DNA of 64,000 nucleotides from a virus: IMG/VR virus record IMGVR_UViG_3300044695_006747, positions 1 to 64,000 of that record; one strand, 5' to 3'. Shown piece by piece: positions 58,483 to 64,000 of this stretch (position 1 is its first letter; each line of letters starts with the position of its first letter). The notes under the pieces were generated by a model. It saw only the letters and a program-made list of their open reading frames with translations, ran no database searches and was not told where the DNA came from. The position numbers and the translations under genes were made by a program.

Positions 58483-60579
58483 ATGAGCACCACTGGGCAG
58501 AATGCCGTACAAATTCGATATAATGGAACTGTTTTTGCAACGGAAGTTAAAACAGATCAACTAACAGCACGAACTCCGTGTCCACTAGTCAGTATAAGCA
58601 CAGAATCTAATAAGGATATTGATAATAATATTCTATATGATAGAAGTACAATAACCTTAGAGGGAATTATTCTTAGTAGTGGAAAAACAGACTTTCTAAC
58701 AACCGCATATACTGGAGTTGTTGGTTTCTTTAGTAAACCAGATAGACAAAATGGTCTTTTTGAAATAGTTTGCGGAACATTAAATAATGGAGCCTTCACT
58801 CCAGCAACAAATGGATTTATAAAATTTAGTGGTACTAGTTTTGTTTCCGCTAATGCTGATAAAAGCAATGATAATTGGTATTTAACTATACCATATACTG
58901 TTGTTATGGAAAGTGTTAGTAAACAAAATTCTAATATAATCATAGAATCATATGAGGATAGCTGGACAATAGAGCCACTAGAAGATATTTCATACTATGA
59001 CATATATGCCAATAATATCAATACATATGATATAAATAATAGTATATCCTATCTTACTCCTGGAACTAATACAAGCGCAGGAGGTCAGCTCAGACACAAC
59101 ACTCCCCCTAGTGCTCAATTGGTTGCTCCGTCACAAAATCCGTCTCAAGGAGGTATACAAGGACATTTACAATACAGAATAACACACAGGGTTAGTGCTG
59201 TTGGTAGACCAACAAAAATTGTCGATACAAATAACCCGAATCCCGGCGGACCAGCTAATACTACTAATAATAATGTAACAGCATATGAAAATGCTGCTCT
59301 GTGGGTGAATGAAAGAATAAACAATGCTGTTAGAATGATCTCTAATAATAGCGAAATGACCGCCTATTCCAGTACCAGTATTGAACCAACAGGCATTCTT
59401 CTAGGAGCAAAAAAAAATCCACCAGCACAAGGATTAAATTTGAGAGCTACTGGACCAAATACAATGGGACTATTTTTATATAATCATATTCGTTCAATAG
59501 AATCTTCTCCATCAGCAGGTTCTTACGGAGTAACAGACACTTGGCTTGCTCTGGGAACAGGAGTAAGATACACAGAAGAGTTTACATGGGAAATTAGTGT
59601 CGATGATAAATGGATTCATACAGTTAGTATGAATGGCACAATCAAAGGATTAGAAACAGTTGCTCAAAGCAGTAATACTTCCAGCGATCCTTCTGTTCGA
59701 TCAGATCAAGGTTATACGATTATGCCATCTAATAAAGCTAATATGTCAAATTATCCATCATTAACAGGAGTGGTTGTTGGAAACGAAGGATCATCTGTTT
59801 CTGTTGGCTCAGTATTAATTAGTAATAAATTCAGTAATCAGAATCGTGGTTCGTCAAAATATGAAGGTGCCTTACAGGCATATATCAGTGGCATTAAGCC
59901 ATACCTCTATATCAGAGCTAGTCATGCTCTAACAAACGCCAATGTTCAACCGACAACAAATCCGGTAGATAATAATAATATCAGTATAAATAATTTCTAC
60001 AGTAATAATAATAGATCATGGTTTGGTCCAGCAATTAGACCACTAAATATAGTACCAGTAACAGTGAACGAAACTTTTAATCCGGCAGCCGGAACTATTA
60101 CATATTCGATTTCGTATGATAATAGACCAGCCTGCTTATTAAGTGGAGCATTAAATGCTAGTGTTTCTGTTACTGATACTAATAGCGCAGATTTAGTTGC
60201 AGAAGCTTTTATACTAGGACGACCACTAGGTCCTGTGATAGAGAAGGTTGGAACCACAAAAAGTGAAAGACAATTAACAATAGAGGCTGTATACCCTCAA
60301 CCAACTGGTTTTCAAAGTTTACATCCACAATCTCCTCAGTGTGTTATTTATCATACAAAAAGTGATTCTAGTGTAGAATACAAAGCGATAAAAAATTTAG
60401 TGGATGCTTTTAAGCCAGTTGGAGCCAAAGCTTTTGGTACTTTCGGCAGTGCTGCGCCGTACTCATTATCTCCTGATGGACAAGTATTCAAAACAGCAGA
60501 TAGCGAAACATGGAGTCCTTTTGAGGGAAGATATACTAGAAATATAACATGGATTTATAATACAGGAACTTGTACTTAA
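58483..60579 (+). CDS. Putative distal tail/baseplate protein
   Basis: 698 aa, beta-rich (ESYEDSWTIE, YTEEFTWEI, AGTITYSISYD); synteny. Confidence 0.5.
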   Translation: MSTTGQNAVQIRYNGTVFATEVKTDQLTARTPCPLVSISTESNKDIDNNILYDRSTITLEGIILSSGKTDFLTTAYTGVVGFFSKPDRQNGLFEIVCGTLNNGAFTPATNGFIKFSGTSFVSANADKSNDNWYLTIPYTVVMESVSKQNSNIIIESYEDSWTIEPLEDISYYDIYANNINTYDINNSISYLTPGTNTSAGGQLRHNTPPSAQLVAPSQNPSQGGIQGHLQYRITHRVSAVGRPTKIVDTNNPNPGGPANTTNNNVTAYENAALWVNERINNAVRMISNNSEMTAYSSTSIEPTGILLGAKKNPPAQGLNLRATGPNTMGLFLYNHIRSIESSPSAGSYGVTDTWLALGTGVRYTEEFTWEISVDDKWIHTVSMNGTIKGLETVAQSSNTSSDPSVRSDQGYTIMPSNKANMSNYPSLTGVVVGNEGSSVSVGSVLISNKFSNQNRGSSKYEGALQAYISGIKPYLYIRASHALTNANVQPTTNPVDNNNISINNFYSNNNRSWFGPAIRPLNIVPVTVNETFNPAAGTITYSISYDNRPACLLSGALNASVSVTDTNSADLVAEAFILGRPLGPVIEKVGTTKSERQLTIEAVYPQPTGFQSLHPQSPQCVIYHTKSDSSVEYKAIKNLVDAFKPVGAKAFGTFGSAAPYSLSPDGQVFKTADSETWSPFEGRYTRNITWIYNTGTCT

Positions 60580-60594
60580 TAGGATAAAAGACAA

Positions 60595-63500
60595 ATGGTT
60601 AATCAAGCTTGTTTCAATAGTATCACAGAAAACGGGGTTAATGGCGGCGAACCTGTCAGCTACAGAATTTGTTGTAGTAAAGCATACTCTCAAACATTAT
60701 TTTTAGGCTGTAGTATACAGTCTTTTACTGTTGGCTTAGGTTGGGGAGGAGAAGGAAGCAGATTAACAGTGGAGCTTGTTAGAGATACTTGCAAATATCC
60801 TCATTTAATTAACAATCAGGGTCAAACCATTTCTAGAAATAATAGTCCAAACGATTATACTAATCGTAGAAAAAATAGCTCATTTGAATTTGACGAGAAT
60901 GGTATAGATCTAATTCCTGGTAAAGTATACTACGAAGCACGAGGAAACGAGCTAGTTTCTTTATATCATTTCGATGAAGATCCCGGTTTTTATGGAGATT
61001 TACCACCGTTACCAAGACAATCTGTTAATCCTCAAACTTTAGATTTGATAGGAACTCCTGTATATTTTAAATATGACGATTTTGAATTCAATGGAATCGT
61101 CAAATCTTGGGAAAAAGGAGCAGATCAAAGCACAGTTAATGAATCATATACAGTTACAATAGAATCTCCTTCTTTTTTGTTGCAACAAACCTATATGATA
61201 TTATCTAGTTATGTTGGCAGTATATTTACCAAAAAAAGTGGATTTACGAAAGGTTTTCCAGATTACGAATATGGAACATATGGTGGTAAAATATTAGAAC
61301 AAAATATACCCAATGTTATTAATATATATGGCTATCTAGAAGACAATACCAATATAACATCAAATCAGCCACTACTCCCAGAATCTAATGTTCCAGATTA
61401 TATTTATGGTAAATCTGGTTGGAATGAGCAGGGTATGCCAGCACCGAACATTTTCGTGGGCATTAACGATTTATTAAACTACCAGCCAATAGCGACAGCT
61501 TTGACTCAACAAAAAATATTACGATATTCACCATATGGTAGAATAATAGGAAGAGGAGTAAAATATAAAATAGACGGAACCAATGTTATTGCATCGGAAG
61601 CTAGAAGCAGAAAACATCACATTGGCATTGTTTGGCCACTTATATATAGTGGAACATATGGTCCAGAACATAGAATGCCATACGAGATAGATATTAGCTC
61701 ATTAAATGATGGATCAATTCCATCGTTCTATAGAATTAGCGATGAGACTATGACCATATTGGATTTCGTACAAAAAATAGCTGGAGAAACTGGTAAAGAA
61801 ATTTTTATATCTTTAAATCTCAGAATAGATGGAGGAGTTATCTATCCAGTTATTAAACTAAATACAATATCCACGCTAGAATACGGTAGAATTGGAGCTG
61901 TAGAATCTTTTATCAAATATTTAAAAGATAATGGTAAAACATTACAATCTTATAATACAGGTTTAGAATTTAATTCATCAGACCCTGTAAGATCGATGTA
62001 CATCGGAGGCAAACAACAAAGACTGTATCAGGTTAGAAATAAAAAATATGCTTCAAAACAAAGTTCTCTAAGATACAACTCATTTTTGGATAAATTTATT
62101 AATGTACAGCAACAACATACAGAATTAAATGCGCAAGAAATCAGAGCCGCCAATCCGGTATCAACCAGAAATCCTGTTTTAAAATATAATAAAACTACAG
62201 ATGCTGGTAGTAGATCCGGGAGAGTAAGGATTCCATTAATAGACGATTTTAATACTGCAGAAACTTTTGGTAAAACTATACAAAAAGGAAATTATTTTAC
62301 TAAAAAAAGCTTAAATCCTATTGGAATAATACCAATGTTAAGTGATTTGGGTATGAGTCCACAAAGCAATTGGTTTGAAGTATCGTCTGGAGACACAATA
62401 TGTCCATATTTTGGTAATAATTTAATTACTAATCTTGTTAGAAAAGTATATTATCATCAAACTGGTTTTATAGTAGAATTTAGCACACAAGAAATAGGAT
62501 TAGCTATCGGACAAAATTTTGCTACGAATGATATTATTGGAGTTTCGGAAACAGAAATACGTGCTGCTATGTCTGGTTTTGATAGTTATTATGGTTTTAT
62601 TTTCGGTGTTATGAGTGATGCTAAAACTATTGGTAAAAACAGAGGAGATCGCGGTAATAGCGCTCTACAAATTTATTCCAAAGTTATTATGCCTCTATTC
62701 AATATTCCTGCCGCTCATGATATTAACACATATTTTGGATCTCTTAATCGAGGAGTTGCCGAAACCAATAATAAGATTAATAATTCTTTATCTGGATCTC
62801 AAGCGGTGCCAATAGCTCCAGGCTCATCGTTTGCTTCGGATAAAACAGCTTATGATATTCTTAGTAAATTACATAAATTTTTTCAAGATATTGGAAACAC
62901 ATATTATGGTAAACAATTTATGGTCAGTATTAATACTATGCAATATTTTAAAGATACCAATACTTTTATGTTTGATCCGACTGTTGGTATAAATTGCGAC
63001 AATAGTATTGTAATAGGTTTTACAGATAATAATAATCCTATATATTTATCTGATGGAACTAGTAAGATATATTATGAATTTGAGCCAGCAGATTTTGCGT
63101 GGGAAGAATATTTTAATTTTGTGGACGATATGTTAGTTGTTGGCAGTCCAGATATGGATAATTTAACAGCAGACAATGGCACAATATATCCAATATTAGG
63201 TTATTCTGCACATAAACAATATAATTATATTAAAGAATTTGATAAAAGGGTATGGGATCAAACGAGGAATTTTTCTGGTAATGCTAGTCAATTTTTTCAT
63301 TTTTGGAAATTTGATGCTTATAGAAATGCTGGTGCTAAGTTTTTAGATCCGTCTAATAATTTTTGGGAACCTTCTATATCTTTGCAGGATGATTCTGCGG
63401 TGACATTAGAGTATAACAAAAATATATATCAAAATCCAACATCACCACAAGGTCTATGCTCACCTGTTCGCACAACCAGAGTCAGCTCAGATACAGATGC

Positions 63501-64000
63501 TTTTGATACTATAATACCAGAAACCGAAAAATTTAAAACATATGTTAAAGCTGAGATAGACAAAGAAATTCAATCTTACTTTGCTTCTGCTCTTATAGGT
63601 GGTGGTAGAATTATTCCTAAATTAATTATTAAACATAATACTGGAGCATTTATTAATCCGTTGCACCCAGGGGCCTTGAGCGTAACATCTGCTGTTGTAG
63701 AATTTTTAGGAAATAATTATGGAGGATTGAATGCTGTGATAGGAAGAAAAATATTATCTGGTTCTTCTTTTTATAGTGTTCCTTTTCAGACAGCAGGATT
63801 TAATGCCGATAGTGCTAATAGTCAAAACAGAGACAATAACCAATATAATAATATGTCCATAAATCCAAAGGCTGCTATACCTATTTTTGCTGGCGTTCCG
63901 ATGATAATAAATAATGCTGTATATGGTCCTTGGGTTAGTGCTCCTGATGTTATTAAAAATGATATATTTGGAACACCATATACCGATCCAGCCACCGGAC
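60595..64000 (+). CDS. Large tail-tip/baseplate hub protein, 3' truncated by the window
   Basis: Absent from the ORF track (no stop in window). Starts MVNQACF with AGGA RBS; frame spot-checked open at 61021 and 63901. Confidence 0.65.
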   Translation, partial: MVNQACFNSITENGVNGGEPVSYRICCSKAYSQTLFLGCSIQSFTVGLGWGGEGSRLTVELVRDTCKYPHLINNQGQTISRNNSPNDYTNRRKNSSFEFDENGIDLIPGKVYYEARGNELVSLYHFDEDPGFYGDLPPLPRQSVNPQTLDLIGTPVYFKYDDFEFNGIVKSWEKGADQSTVNESYTVTIESPSFLLQQTYMILSSYVGSIFTKKSGFTKGFPDYEYGTYGGKILEQNIPNVINIYGYLEDNTNITSNQPLLPESNVPDYIYGKSGWNEQGMPAPNIFVGINDLLNYQPIATALTQQKILRYSPYGRIIGRGVKYKIDGTNVIASEARSRKHHIGIVWPLIYSGTYGPEHRMPYEIDISSLNDGSIPSFYRISDETMTILDFVQKIAGETGKEIFISLNLRIDGGVIYPVIKLNTISTLEYGRIGAVESFIKYLKDNGKTLQSYNTGLEFNSSDPVRSMYIGGKQQRLYQVRNKKYASKQSSLRYNSFLDKFINVQQQHTELNAQEIRAANPVSTRNPVLKYNKTTDAGSRSGRVRIPLIDDFNTAETFGKTIQKGNYFTKKSLNPIGIIPMLSDLGMSPQSNWFEVSSGDTICPYFGNNLITNLVRKVYYHQTGFIVEFSTQEIGLAIGQNFATNDIIGVSETEIRAAMSGFDSYYGFIFGVMSDAKTIGKNRGDRGNSALQIYSKVIMPLFNIPAAHDINTYFGSLNRGVAETNNKINNSLSGSQAVPIAPGSSFASDKTAYDILSKLHKFFQDIGNTYYGKQFMVSINTMQYFKDTNTFMFDPTVGINCDNSIVIGFTDNNNPIYLSDGTSKIYYEFEPADFAWEEYFNFVDDMLVVGSPDMDNLTADNGTIYPILGYSAHKQYNYIKEFDKRVWDQTRNFSGNASQFFHFWKFDAYRNAGAKFLDPSNNFWEPSISLQDDSAVTLEYNKNIYQNPTSPQGLCSPVRTTRVSSDTDAFDTIIPETEKFKTYVKAEIDKEIQSYFASALIGGGRIIPKLIIKHNTGAFINPLHPGALSVTSAVVEFLGNNYGGLNAVIGRKILSGSSFYSVPFQTAGFNADSANSQNRDNNQYNNMSINPKAAIPIFAGVPMIINNAVYGPWVSAPDVIKNDIFGTPYTDPATG

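Noticed and set aside
10297-62815. Short antisense and alternate-frame ORFs across the late region
   Set aside because: Shadows of long plus-strand genes; only 30596-30919 occupies a real gap with an RBS
1-64000. Stop-codon reassignment
   Set aside because: Standard code gives dense, abutting, full-length genes ending in TAA, TAG and TGA

Overview
A 64-kb piece of a large tailed dsDNA phage genome, probably a siphovirus (no sheath gene seen); the host cannot be determined from sequence alone. It has two opposed parts. (1) 1-8.6 kb is visibly more GC-rich and holds about 25 tiny leftward ORFs, one tRNA-Glu(TTC) and a candidate structured ncRNA. They form 1-5-gene units, each behind a near-consensus sigma70 promoter (TTGACA-16 bp-TAGAAT). 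Between the units lie 8 tandem pairs of the 15-bp palindrome CTGCCA-TTT-TGGCAG, 7 sigma54 (-24/-12) consensus boxes (4 abutting a palindrome pair) and a second 40-bp upstream element. (2) 8.9-64 kb is an AT-rich rightward late region: phage sigma factor, putative TerS, gmd, HNH, ERCC4 nuclease, TerL, portal, protease/scaffold, capsid, fibres, a glycosyltransferase/sulfotransferase/methyltransferase pair, neck, tail tube, chaperones, a 5389-aa tape measure protein and tail-tip proteins. The two strongest candidates for undescribed systems are the palindrome/sigma54/sigma70 cassette array and the tape measure polyprotein, in which 7 copies of a DTVPAMLTPGEF motif separate HAD-, nuclease- and ADP-ribosyltransferase-like domains. 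Family names come from recognised motifs, not database searches.
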